Shown piece after piece: positions 20,496 through 29,976 of a stretch of DNA of 54,066 nt. The position numbers and the translations under genes were made by a program. The notes under the pieces are model-generated. The model saw only the letters and a program-made list of their open reading frames with translations, was not told the origin of the DNA and did no database searches. The stretch lies in assembly GCA_020726405.1 (NCBI GenBank), contig DYSB01000003.1, forward strand, positions 1 through 54,066, read 5' to 3'. The stretch is from Acetofilamentum sp. Its GTDB lineage: Bacteria; CAIWAD01. Position 1 is the stretch's first letter. Each line of letters starts with the position of its first letter.

Positions 20496-20714
20496 CTACT
20501 TCGCCAGCCAGATGGCGTAGTAGATCACATAGAACCAGGAGAAAATGCCGTGCAGGATGGCCCAGAGCAGGGACTTGTTCAGGCTCCAGGAGATGGTCAC
20601 CGCCAGGGCCGTGCCCAGGCCAATGCCCGCCTTGGCCGCGCCGCCGCCCCGGTTCCAGCGCGACCGGCAGGCCGCGCCTTGGGAGACTTCGACGTGAATG
20701 GTGTCGTCGCTCAT
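20496..20714 (-). CDS. Small conserved hypothetical membrane protein
   Basis: GIGLGTALAVTISWSLNKSLLWAILHGIFSWFYVIYY; GGAGG RBS. Confidence 0.75.
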   Translation of the reverse strand: MSDDTIHVEVSQGAACRSRWNRGGGAAKAGIGLGTALAVTISWSLNKSLLWAILHGIFSWFYVIYYAIWLAK

Positions 20715-20745
20715 GCGTCCTCCAGTTTCGGCCGGAGTGGCCGGG

Positions 20746-20952
20746 TCAATGCTCGAATTTCCAGGCCACCGCCCCCAGCAACAGGCTGATCGCCACCAGC
20801 AGCAGCGCGTTGGCGACGAATTAGGGCATCAGCATCAGGGCCACGCCGCCGATGGTGGGCAGCCATTCTTTCTGCCGGCGGCCGTATCCGAACCAGAACA
20901 TGCCCACCACGCTGACCAGGATCTTCCACAGGATGGGAAAGGGAAGTTCCAT
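20746..20952 (-). pseudogene. Small membrane protein interrupted by an in-frame TAA
   Basis: MELPFPILWKILVSVVGMFWFGYGRRQKEWLPTIGGVALMLMP*FVANALLLVAISLLLGAVAWKFEH*; TAA at 20821-20823; not in the ORF track. Confidence 0.7.
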
Positions 20953-20953
20953 C

Positions 20954-23113
20954 TCAACGCACCAGCAGCAATTTGATGGTTTCCCGCCGGCCACCCGCTT
21001 CCAGGCTGGTCACGTACAGGCCGCTGGGCCAGCCCTCCGCCTGGAGGCCTGTCAAGTGGCGGCCGGCGGGCAGGGCTCCCAGCTCCCGGAGCAAAACCTG
21101 TCGGCCGGCCACGTCATGCACCGTCAACCGGGCGCAGGAAACGGGGGTGGCAAGGGTGAAGGACAGGCGCGTGGCCGGGTTGAAGGGATTGGGCGCGGCC
21201 ACCAACTCCAGTTTGTCGGGCCGCTGGGGGCCGGGGTCGACGGCGATCTCGCGCACCACCGCGAGGCGCAACAGGTCCCCGTTCTCCAGGCCCAGCAAGG
21301 CGTGGTAGCCGCTGCCGTCGCTCAGGCAGCGGGCCAGGGCGCTGGGGGCGGCGGACAGGTTCTGCTCGTCGAAGCTGTAAAGGGGAGAGTCCCAATAGGA
21401 CTGGCTGAAATCAAAAACCACGTGGGGATCCCGGGTGGCGGCCAGGCCATAGCCCGTGAAGGAGCAGCGGACCACCGGGCCCTCCATCCACAACGAATCC
21501 ATCAACTGGAAGGGTGTCTGTCCGCTGCGCCGCAGCGCGTACAAAGCCCCCGCCGCGGCGAAGACGTGGTTCTCCTCCCAGGGGCTGGCGGAGAGGTCCT
21601 CCACGGGGCCCGACAGTTGCAGGACGCCGGCCAGCACGGGATGCGCCAAGTCCGTGGCGTCGATGTCGAACAAGCGTCCGTCGGCGCTGCCCACCAGCAG
21701 ATGGCGGCCCGCCCACTTGGCGCAGAGTGGCTCGGCTTGCAGATTGATTGTGCCGTGGTGCAGCAGGAACCATGGACTGCGGTTGGCCTGCTTGAGGGCT
21801 ACGAAGGCATCGGGCGTGACGTAGGCGATGAGGTCGTCGGGGCCCCAGGCCAGCAGCTTGACGGGGTCGGTGGGATGGATGCCGCGCAGCTGCACGCCGC
21901 TCTCCGTCTCCTCATAGAACCGCAGGCCCGCGCCGTAGTGGTTGCCGGCGAACAACAGGGGCTCGCCGGTCCCCCATTCGTGGGTGATGTCCCCGCCGTC
22001 CACGGGCAGGGGAAGAGGGATGCCGGCGGTCTCCCGCGGCTCCTCCTCCTGGGGCCAACGATTCCACCAGAAGATGCGGCGGTAGCCCTGTTTCTGATCC
22101 AGGCACCAGAAGGACGGGTCCTCGTTCTGGCCCACCCAGGGAATGGAGAGCAGGCGGGGCCGCGTGGCATGACGGGCCAGCAGGTCCAGCCGCGGGGCGC
22201 CGGCCTCCTGGCGCAGCACGTGCAGACTGACGCCGTCGGGCCCCTCGGCCACCAGCAGGCTGTCGTTTTGCAGGGCCAGGCGCCGGGCGGATTCCACCGT
22301 GCGCCAGCGACCCACCAGCAGCGGCGCGGCGGTGTTGGACAGATCCGCCACGGCCAGCCCGCTGTCCCCGCAGGCCAGCACGAAGAGGCCATCGCGCCAG
22401 GCCGCCGCATCCAACACAGGCAGGCCCGGTGACCAGGCGGGTCCGACGGTGGGGGAGAAGGGATCGGCCATGTCCACCGCACGCAGTCCATCGTCGCCCA
22501 GGCAGGCGGCCAGCCGCCCGCTCCCACCAGCCAAGCGGATCGCGCCCGAGAGCGCCAGCCGGCCCAACGGAACAGGCGGGTCACCCAGGCCCACGCCACG
22601 CAGGCTATCGGTGTCCGTCCACCACACACCACCCGTGACACAAATGGCCGTCGGCGAGGCGGGAAGATTGCCCAGCACGGGAGTCAGGTTTGGATCTGCG
22701 AGGTCCAGCCGCCCGCGCCAGAGCAGGTCGGCCGTGACGGCCACCAGCAAGTCGCCCTCCACCGCTAGTGCGCGTACCCCGGCCAACTGGGCGACGGGCT
22801 GTTCTCCGCCGCGCTCGCGCAGCAGCAGCCGCTCCCCTTCATCCAGCACGGCGCTCAGCCGACTTCCCGCCGCCAGGTCCACGCCAGCGGACTCCATCGT
22901 CTGACGCTGCTCCAGCAGCATGCCGCCCAAGGGACTCCGGCCCAGCCAGCGGAGGTCACCGGCACTCAAGAGGCAGGGGGCGTTTGCCTGCCAACCCACG
23001 GCCCGCACGTCCACGCCGGGCAGCGTGCCGATGATCTCCACGGCCCGGGCGGGTGCGGCCAGTGCCAGGGTTGCCAGGGCGGCGAGGGCCGACAGCGGAT
23101 TCCAGCGTCTCAT
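20954..23113 (-). CDS. Secreted LVIVD/beta-propeller-like protein with C-terminal FlgD-Ig/T9SS-like sorting domain
   Basis: Signal peptide; GLRAVDMADP and GLAVADLSN repeats; C-terminal APNPFNPATRLSFTL...HDVAGR...WPSGLY...KLLLVR. Confidence 0.8.
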   Translation of the reverse strand: MRRWNPLSALAALATLALAAPARAVEIIGTLPGVDVRAVGWQANAPCLLSAGDLRWLGRSPLGGMLLEQRQTMESAGVDLAAGSRLSAVLDEGERLLLRERGGEQPVAQLAGVRALAVEGDLLVAVTADLLWRGRLDLADPNLTPVLGNLPASPTAICVTGGVWWTDTDSLRGVGLGDPPVPLGRLALSGAIRLAGGSGRLAACLGDDGLRAVDMADPFSPTVGPAWSPGLPVLDAAAWRDGLFVLACGDSGLAVADLSNTAAPLLVGRWRTVESARRLALQNDSLLVAEGPDGVSLHVLRQEAGAPRLDLLARHATRPRLLSIPWVGQNEDPSFWCLDQKQGYRRIFWWNRWPQEEEPRETAGIPLPLPVDGGDITHEWGTGEPLLFAGNHYGAGLRFYEETESGVQLRGIHPTDPVKLLAWGPDDLIAYVTPDAFVALKQANRSPWFLLHHGTINLQAEPLCAKWAGRHLLVGSADGRLFDIDATDLAHPVLAGVLQLSGPVEDLSASPWEENHVFAAAGALYALRRSGQTPFQLMDSLWMEGPVVRCSFTGYGLAATRDPHVVFDFSQSYWDSPLYSFDEQNLSAAPSALARCLSDGSGYHALLGLENGDLLRLAVVREIAVDPGPQRPDKLELVAAPNPFNPATRLSFTLATPVSCARLTVHDVAGRQVLLRELGALPAGRHLTGLQAEGWPSGLYVTSLEAGGRRETIKLLLVR

Positions 23114-23162
23114 GTCGTGCCTTCCAAATTGCGGGTCGCGTCACAGGGTGGCCAATTCCGAC

Positions 23163-25622
23163 TCAATCCAGATTGATCCGCGCCAGCAACGAAGCTCCGG
23201 GCGCCACCTCCAAACCCGTCAATTCAGCCGGGTCCAGGGGCAGCACGAACTGTTCCTCCTGCGCCGTGGCCCGCAGGCTGTAGGCTGTGAAACCCTGTGT
23301 TGTGCGGGTCAGCACGGGGAGTACGGTGGAGGGTGCCGGGGGCGCACTCCAGTCCACGCGCAGGGCCAGGCGCGGGCCTTCCGCCGTCTCCACCCTGCCT
23401 GTGCGCACGCGGAGCTCCGGCACGACGGACTCGCGCCACTGCGCGTCCAGCCAGGCCCAGAGGGCGCGGGCATCGCCGAAGCCGCTGCTCTCCAGCAGAT
23501 CGTTGGCCACCAGGAAGTCGGCCAGCGCGCGCTTCACCTCCTGCAGCGGCTCGCGCGGACTGAGTGGCTCGCGCAGGCGCAGCGCCAGTTCACGCAGGCA
23601 GAGCCGGTAGGCGCTGTCCTCCAGGCTCTGCGGATTCCGCAGCCGCCAGCGCAGGTGCTCCAGCAGCAGGGCGAAGCGCCAAGCCAGCAGATCCTGGGTC
23701 TCCGCCGAGTGCCAGTCGCCCTCGGCCCGCTCGCCCAGGGCGGGCAGGCTGGCGAACGCGTTGGGCCGGAAGAGGGAAAGTTGCCGATTGAGGGCCGCCT
23801 GGCGTAGGCGGTGCGCCCGTGGCGCCCCCTGGCGTTCCTCCAGCAGCAGCAGGGCACAGGCCCGGGCCGCGCCGTGGCGGATCCAACGCGGCGCGGCCGC
23901 GGCCTCCGCCGGTCCCGGTCGCCACCAACCGCGGCAGAGAGTCTCCAGCCGCGCCAAGCGGGCGTCCGCCGTGGCCTCGCGCAGCTCCCGCGCGCCAATC
24001 TCCAGCGGTTCGTCCGGGGCCAGATCATGGCCCCGCAGCTGATCCTCCTCCTCGCGGCGGTCGGCTGGATTCCCCGTGCGCTCCAGCAACAGGACGGGCT
24101 CCGGCGCCGGCCCCAGCCAGGCTTCCAGTCGCGCGGCGGCGTCCGCCAGTTCCGTCAGCACCTGCTCCTCGCCCAGGATGCCCAGCGAGAGCGTGTCCTG
24201 CCCCTGGCTGAGGTCCACGGGTTCGGCAGGCTCTTCATGGCTGGGCGTTCGCACCTCGCGCTCCCGCGGCAAGTCCAGATTCTCGATCCCGGCGGTCTGG
24301 CGGCGCACCCGGGCCGGCTGCGGAACCTGGAAGGCCGCGCGCTGGCGCAGGGGCATCCAACAGAGGGCCGCACCACCGCCCAAGGGCAGCAGAGCGCGGG
24401 TCTCGGGCAGTAGGCGCTGGGGAGCCAGGGCGTCCAGCCGGGTCAGCCCCGGTTGCTCCAGACTGTCCGGCCAGACGGGTAGCAGCTGTCCGGGATCCAG
24501 CAGCCGCGCGGGCCGGGCGGCTTCCCACCAGGGCAGGCGGGGAAACCAGTTGCCGCGCACGGCATGGCGGGAGCCCGGCGCCTCGGCCGTCACCAGCGCG
24601 GCCGGGCTGTCGCCCTGCAGGCGCAGGATTGTGGACCCCGGCAGGGCCTCCACCAGCAGCCAGGGGCCGGGGTTGGCCGATCCGGCGCGCCGGTTGTGGG
24701 CGGCGGGCCGGCGCGTGCCGTCCGGCAGGGACCACTCGGCCGCCGTCAGGCGGGCCGCCGGATCCAGCAGCAGCCAGAGCGGCTCCGTCCGCGGCGGACC
24801 GGCCAGCTCCAGCGTCCAGTGCAGGCGGCCACCCCGGCGGTCCAGTTCCAGGACCAAACTGTCCACGGCCAGCGCGGGCGTGGCCAGGGTGGGCGGCAAC
24901 CAGGCGGGGTCCCGTGGCGGGGCCAGGGAATCACCCAGGCTGCGCAGCACGCCGCTCACTGGCACGTGCAGACTGCTGCCTGAGTGCAGCGAGCGCAGCC
25001 AGCGGGCGGCGTCCCCCTGCCGCTCCCAGAGCAGGCCGTCGGGCTCGGCCAGTAGCCAATCGGGCTCTGTGCCGATCGGACTCTGCAGTAGTGGATGATC
25101 TGGACTCAGGCGTCCCAGGGCGCGCTGCACGTTGAATCCGGGCCGGGCGAGAAAAGGCAGACGCGGTTTGAGCGGGCGCCAGTCCAGGCGGGCCAGCTGG
25201 GGCGGCAGCTGCGCGCAGAGCCAGGTGACCTGCCGCAGGCGCTTGTCCTCCGCATGGCGTCCCAGGGCGGCCCGGGCAGCCAGGGTCTCCAGCTCGCCAG
25301 GCAGCGCCGGATCCAGCCGGCCCCGGCCGGTCAGTTCCACCACGAAGAGGCTGTCACCGTTCACGAGCAGCGGCAGCACGCGGCAGTGGCCGCGCTCCCA
25401 GCCCAAGGTTCCCAGCTCGAAGGACAGGACCAGGTCCTCCACCGGGGCGCGGCGGGCCCGGACGGGCTCCCGCAGGTCGGCCAGGGCGCGCTCCCAATCA
25501 TCCAGCACACCGGCCCGGGCGGAAGACAAGAGCGCCAACAGGAGGACCAGCCGGCCCCAGGGTTGCGCCACCCGGACCTGACTGGACCGTAAATGCGGAA
25601 AAGCAGGATAGGTGCGGTTCAT
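23163..25622 (-). CDS. Large hypothetical exported protein, possible degenerate M1 (gluzincin) peptidase fold
   Basis: Hydrophobic leader; NWFPRLP; RLETLCRGWW...WIRHGAA spacing resembles HExxH.WW...WLxEG without the metal ligands. Confidence 0.55.
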   Translation of the reverse strand: MNRTYPAFPHLRSSQVRVAQPWGRLVLLLALLSSARAGVLDDWERALADLREPVRARRAPVEDLVLSFELGTLGWERGHCRVLPLLVNGDSLFVVELTGRGRLDPALPGELETLAARAALGRHAEDKRLRQVTWLCAQLPPQLARLDWRPLKPRLPFLARPGFNVQRALGRLSPDHPLLQSPIGTEPDWLLAEPDGLLWERQGDAARWLRSLHSGSSLHVPVSGVLRSLGDSLAPPRDPAWLPPTLATPALAVDSLVLELDRRGGRLHWTLELAGPPRTEPLWLLLDPAARLTAAEWSLPDGTRRPAAHNRRAGSANPGPWLLVEALPGSTILRLQGDSPAALVTAEAPGSRHAVRGNWFPRLPWWEAARPARLLDPGQLLPVWPDSLEQPGLTRLDALAPQRLLPETRALLPLGGGAALCWMPLRQRAAFQVPQPARVRRQTAGIENLDLPREREVRTPSHEEPAEPVDLSQGQDTLSLGILGEEQVLTELADAAARLEAWLGPAPEPVLLLERTGNPADRREEEDQLRGHDLAPDEPLEIGARELREATADARLARLETLCRGWWRPGPAEAAAAPRWIRHGAARACALLLLEERQGAPRAHRLRQAALNRQLSLFRPNAFASLPALGERAEGDWHSAETQDLLAWRFALLLEHLRWRLRNPQSLEDSAYRLCLRELALRLREPLSPREPLQEVKRALADFLVANDLLESSGFGDARALWAWLDAQWRESVVPELRVRTGRVETAEGPRLALRVDWSAPPAPSTVLPVLTRTTQGFTAYSLRATAQEEQFVLPLDPAELTGLEVAPGASLLARINLD

Positions 25623-25730
25623 GCGGGGACTCCCTGGAATGGCGTGCCGCAGCAAGATGAGCGCCGGGTCCGGATGATGCAAGCAAAAGCCGGTCGGTTA
25701 GCGGTGGATTCCCTATGTTGCCGGCCATTC

Positions 25731-26083
25731 GGGGACGTTCGTGGGATTCGACGGGATGGTCGGGACCCCGGGCTGCATGTCGTGGACGTGTCGGAGCACC
25801 ACGTTAAAAGTTTCGACAACAACATAATCGGCAACGATTACGCTCTCGCCGCCTAGTAACTAGGCAGCCGAAGACCCTGAGCATGCTCACTGCCCAGGGA
25901 CCCTTCGTCATCTTGTGAGCTGGCCCCAAGGATGTGGTTGAGTCGGCGGGGCGAGATCTTTCAACCTGGGGGCGCCGCAGCGTGACCGTTCGCGTCGGTG
26001 TCCTGAGATCAAACAACGGTCTACACATGTAGAAGCCCAGGGAAGCGCTGTTTCGGACGAGGGTTCAACTCCCTCCGTCTCCA
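25731..26083 (+). ncRNA. ssrA: tmRNA (transfer-messenger RNA), tag (A)GNDYALAA
   Basis: 5' GGGGACG..GGATTCGAC; 3' GAGGGTTCAACTCCCTC-CGTCTCCA; tag ORF 25830-25856 after ATAATC, ending TAG TAA. Confidence 0.95.
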
Positions 26084-26095
26084 TGAACCCGGATG

Positions 26096-26122
26096 AGGCC
26101 GGCCTGCGGGCCGGCCTTTTTT
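26096..26122 (+). terminator. Intrinsic terminator of ssrA
   Basis: AGGCCGGCC-TGCG-GGCCGGCCT hairpin plus T-tract. Confidence 0.9.
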
Positions 26123-26215
26123 GTCACACGCGACCGCACCGGCATTCGCTCTTGCGTCCATCACTTCAGGCCCAGCCGCAGCGGCTTCGGGTCCGCGACC
26201 AGTTCGGGAGTTTCC

Positions 26216-28045
26216 ATGTCCCTTAGCGCACGTGACCTGGATGTCCGCCTGGCGGCGGCCCGTGAGGCCGCCACGGAAGCGGCGCGCCTGCTCTGGGTGG
26301 AATACCATCGCCCGGGCGGGCCGCGGGGCGCGGGCAGCCATGCCGACGTGGACGAGGAGGTGGAGGCGCGCATCCAGGAGATCCTGGGCCGGCACTGCCC
26401 GGGGGACGGCTGTCTGGGCGAGGAGCTGCACGCCCGCGTGCTGGGGGATGGGCCGCGCGTGGGCGGCCACCTGTGGATCGTGGATCCCAACGACGGCACC
26501 TCGCCCTTCCTGAAAGGCTGCCGCGGCTCGGCGGTCTCCATCGGGCTGGTGGAGGAGGGGCGGCCCGTGCTGGGCGTTGTCATGGCCTGGGATGGACCGG
26601 AAGGGGCGGGCGAACAATTGGCCTGGCGCGCCGGCGGACCCCTGCTGCGCAACGGGGTGGAGACGCGGCGGGAGTGGCCCGGCAGTGCGGACGGTGCCCT
26701 GGCCCTGATCTCCCACGAGGCCGACCGCAAGAACTCGCTGGCCAACGCCCAGGCCGTGGCGCCCTTGCGCTACGTGACACTGCCCAGCATCGCCCTGCGC
26801 ATGGCCCTGGTGGCCGCAGGCGAGGGCGACGTGGCGGTCTCCCTGGGCGGGCCGGAATCCTGGGACCTGGCCGGCGGACACGCCCTGCTGCTGGGCGTCG
26901 GCGGGGAACTGGTGAACGGTGCGGGCGAGCCCATCCGCTACGGGGCGGACGGGAGCTGCAACAACGACGGCCGCGCCTTCGGCGGAGCGCCTGTCCTGGT
27001 GCGCGAACTGGCCGCCCGGGATTGGAGTGGCGTGGACGTGCGGACCCCGGCGGAAACGGGCCTGGACCTGGCCTTCCCCATGGCAAGGGTCACTCGCCCG
27101 GACTGGGGCCGCCTGCGACGCGCCCAGGGCTGTCTGCTGGGCCTGCTGGCGGGGGACTCGCTGGGTGGACTGGTGGAATTCCGCGACCCGGCCTGGATCC
27201 GCGAGAACTTCCCCGCGGGCCTGCGCGAGCTGGAGGACGGCGGCCAGTGGAATACGCTGGCCGGCCAGCCCACCGACGACGGCGAGATGGCCCTGCACCT
27301 GGCGCGCACTTTGGTGCGGGACGGCGCTTTCCAGCCCGAGGCCGTGCTGGAGTCCTACCGCGGCTGGCTGCACTCGGGACCCTTCGACGTGGGAACCACC
27401 ACGCGCCTGGGGCTGAGGGCGCGTCCCGACGCCCAGAGCCAGGCCAACGGGGCCCTGATGCGCGTCGCACCGCTGGGGATCTTCGCGGCGGGCCAGCCGC
27501 GGGAGCGGGCCGAGGAGTGGGCGGCTCAAGACGCGGGGCTGACCCATCCGCACCCCGTCTGCCGCCAGGCCTCCGCGCTGTTCGCCGGAGCGATCGCCTC
27601 CGCCGTGAGCCGCGGCCACGGGCCGGAGCGGATCTATGCCGGCCTGCTGGGCCGCGCCGCCGCGCTGGGTGTGGACACTTCGCTCCTGGAGGTCCTGCGC
27701 GCGGCCCGCACGGCGCCGCCCGCGGATTACCACGCCCAGATGGGCTGGGTGCTGGTGGCTTTCCAGAACGCTGTCTGGCAACTGCTGCACGCGCCCAGCC
27801 TGGAGGAGGCCCTGGTGGACACGGTGGGGCGTGGCGGTGACACGGACACCAACGCGGCCATTGCGGGCGCACTGCTGGGGGCCGTCCACGGTTTGGACGC
27901 GCTGCCGGCCCGCTGGTGCCTGCGACTGATGGCCTGTCGGCCGCTGACGGGAATGCCGGACGTGGATCACCCGCGCCCCCGGGCCTGCTGGCCGGTGGAC
28001 GCCCTGGTGCTGGCCGAGCGCTTGCTGACGGCCGCCCGGGACTGA
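26216..28045 (+). CDS. Inositol monophosphatase (FIG/CysQ-like) - ADP-ribosylglycohydrolase fusion
   Basis: IMPase: LGEE, WIVDPNDGT, SWDLAGG; ARH: GDSLG, GQPTDDGEMA, NGALMRVAP, THP, GGDTDTNAAIAGALLGA. Confidence 0.88.
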   Translation: MSLSARDLDVRLAAAREAATEAARLLWVEYHRPGGPRGAGSHADVDEEVEARIQEILGRHCPGDGCLGEELHARVLGDGPRVGGHLWIVDPNDGTSPFLKGCRGSAVSIGLVEEGRPVLGVVMAWDGPEGAGEQLAWRAGGPLLRNGVETRREWPGSADGALALISHEADRKNSLANAQAVAPLRYVTLPSIALRMALVAAGEGDVAVSLGGPESWDLAGGHALLLGVGGELVNGAGEPIRYGADGSCNNDGRAFGGAPVLVRELAARDWSGVDVRTPAETGLDLAFPMARVTRPDWGRLRRAQGCLLGLLAGDSLGGLVEFRDPAWIRENFPAGLRELEDGGQWNTLAGQPTDDGEMALHLARTLVRDGAFQPEAVLESYRGWLHSGPFDVGTTTRLGLRARPDAQSQANGALMRVAPLGIFAAGQPRERAEEWAAQDAGLTHPHPVCRQASALFAGAIASAVSRGHGPERIYAGLLGRAAALGVDTSLLEVLRAARTAPPADYHAQMGWVLVAFQNAVWQLLHAPSLEEALVDTVGRGGDTDTNAAIAGALLGAVHGLDALPARWCLRLMACRPLTGMPDVDHPRPRACWPVDALVLAERLLTAARD

Positions 28046-28069
28046 GAGCCGCCGCTTACGGGGGAATGC

Positions 28070-28096
28070 TCACCACTGAGTCACAGAGGCACAGAG
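28070..28096. repeat. Single arm of the CACAGAG-family repeat
   Basis: TCACCACTGAGTCACAGAGGCACAGAG between convergent genes. Confidence 0.6.
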
Positions 28097-28151
28097 CCAA
28101 GAGATAGATCGGCGTCGGCGGGGATGGGAACAAGATGAATCCGCGCGCTGC

Positions 28152-28520
28152 TTAGGTTGCGGCGTTGCCCCGATCCTCGTGGAACACGAACACCGTGCCG
28201 CAGTGATAACTCCCCTGATAGAGCGGCGAGACGCTGACCCGGCGCTCCAGGGTCTCCCCCCAGCGGGCCCGCAGGCGGCAGGGCTGGTTGACCAGGCACT
28301 CGCCGGAGTGGAGTAGTTCCTGCCAGACGGTGTCCGCCAGCACGCCCTCCGGATCCAGGATCTCCTGCACGGGCTGGCTCACCGCCTCCCAGAGCGGCCA
28401 GCCGATCAGGCGCTCGGCCGCGGGGTTCATGTACTGCACCATGCCGGTGGCGTCGCTGGCCAGGACGGGTTCCATCAGGTGGTCCAGGATGGCCCGGTGG
28501 AATTGCATCCGATCCAACAT
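28152..28520 (-). CDS. Stand-alone PAS domain protein
   Basis: ILDHLMEPVLASDATGMVQYMNPAAERLIGW...GTVFVFHE; GGAGG RBS. Confidence 0.8.
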   Translation of the reverse strand: MLDRMQFHRAILDHLMEPVLASDATGMVQYMNPAAERLIGWPLWEAVSQPVQEILDPEGVLADTVWQELLHSGECLVNQPCRLRARWGETLERRVSVSPLYQGSYHCGTVFVFHEDRGNAAT

Positions 28521-28639
28521 GCGCCTCCCCCCTCGTTGGGAATCAGGCCCGGCGCCGGGGAAGGGCGCCGCGCGGCTTCTCGCTTCACGCAGCATGAATC
28601 GACAAGTTGCAGCCGGATCTCAAGCGGAAGGGAAAGAAA

Positions 28640-29113
28640 ATGGCCTTGACGCCCGGTGAGAGCGTGCCTGGATTCCTGCTGGAAGACGAGCAGCAGCGAC
28701 TGGTGCGACCGGAGGATTTCCGCGGTCGCTGGTGGGTCTGCTACGCCTATCCCAAGGACAACACCCCAGGCTGCACGCAGGAGGCCCGGGATTTCAGCTG
28801 CCTGCTGGAGGACTTTCGGGCCTTGGGGGCCGAGATCGTGGGCGTCAGTCCGGACAAGCCCGCCAGCCACCGCAAGTTCATCGATGGACAGGGCCTGGGC
28901 CTGCGCCTGCTCAGCGACCCGGAACACGTCCTGCTGGAGTCCTGGGGCGCCTGGGGCCTGAAGAAGCTCATGGGACGCGAGTTCCAGGGCGTCAAGCGCA
29001 GTACGTGGCTGGTGGATCCCGCCGGCACGTTGGCCGAGGTCTGGACGGGCGTCAAGGTCAAGGGTCACGCCGAGGCCGTGCTGGCCAGCCTGCGCGCCCG
29101 GCTGGGCCGCTGA
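28640..29113 (+). CDS. bcp: Peroxiredoxin BCP/PrxQ
   Basis: YPKDNTPGCTQEA, GVSPD, RSTWLVD, VKVKGHA. Confidence 0.92.
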   Translation: MALTPGESVPGFLLEDEQQRLVRPEDFRGRWWVCYAYPKDNTPGCTQEARDFSCLLEDFRALGAEIVGVSPDKPASHRKFIDGQGLGLRLLSDPEHVLLESWGAWGLKKLMGREFQGVKRSTWLVDPAGTLAEVWTGVKVKGHAEAVLASLRARLGR

Positions 29114-29120
29114 GGTCGTC

Positions 29121-29930
29121 GTGCCCGAGTTGCCCGAGGTCGAGACCATCGTGCGGCAGTTGGATCGGCTCCTTTCCGGTCGGATCCTGCGCGGCCTGCA
29201 GGTGCGGGATCCCAAACTGGCCCACCTGGAACCCCTGGCCGGGAGTCTGGCTGGCACACGACTGGGGCGGATCCGGCGCAGCGGCAAGCGCGTGATCCTG
29301 CCGTTGGAGGACGGAGAGGCAGTCCGGGGTTGGCTGGCCGTGCACTTGCGCATGACTGGACGCCTGCTGCTGGTGGAGGAGGGCGAACCCGAGCCCGCCC
29401 CCGCCCGCCTCTGTCTGGAGCTGGACCGCGGCCGGCTGCTGTTCGCGGACACACGCCGGTTCGGCACAGTGGACTGGCTCACTGGGCCTGCCGAGCTGGC
29501 CCCGCCGGGGCTGGACCCCTTCGACCCCGCCTGCACGCCCGCCGCCCTGGCGGAATTGGCCCGCGCCGCGCGTGCTCCGCTCAAGAGCTGGCTGCTGGAC
29601 CAGACGCGCATCTGCGGACTGGGCAACATCTACGTCTGTGAGATCCTGCACGCCAGCCGCCTGTCGCCCTGGCGGGCCGCGGGCAACCTGGAGCTGGCGC
29701 AGTGGCGGCTCCTGCACCGGGAGATGCGGCGCATCCTGCGCCTGGCCATCAAGAACTGTGGCACCACCTTTTCGGACTTCCAGGACAGCCGCGGGCTGGA
29801 GGGTTCCTTCGGCCGCATGCTGCAGGTCTACGGCCGTGCCGGCGCGGCTTGCCCGCGCTGCGGCGCCATCGTGCAACGCGAGACCCAGGCCCAGCGCGGC
29901 AGCTGGTGGTGCCCGGGCTGCCAAGAATAG
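29121..29930 (+). CDS. mutM: Formamidopyrimidine-DNA glycosylase
   Basis: N-terminal PELPEVE, HLRMTG, GLGNIY, C-terminal CPRC...CPGCQ zinc finger. Confidence 0.95.
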   Translation: MPELPEVETIVRQLDRLLSGRILRGLQVRDPKLAHLEPLAGSLAGTRLGRIRRSGKRVILPLEDGEAVRGWLAVHLRMTGRLLLVEEGEPEPAPARLCLELDRGRLLFADTRRFGTVDWLTGPAELAPPGLDPFDPACTPAALAELARAARAPLKSWLLDQTRICGLGNIYVCEILHASRLSPWRAAGNLELAQWRLLHREMRRILRLAIKNCGTTFSDFQDSRGLEGSFGRMLQVYGRAGAACPRCGAIVQRETQAQRGSWWCPGCQE

Positions 29931-29976
29931 AATGGAACGTCGCCGGGCACGGCCTGGCCGGCTGAAGGAGGAAGGG

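Noticed and set aside
26050-28100. Genomic island integrated at the tmRNA 3' end
   Set aside because: No integrase, no duplicated 3' fragment seen in the window, terminator directly follows, and GC content is unchanged.
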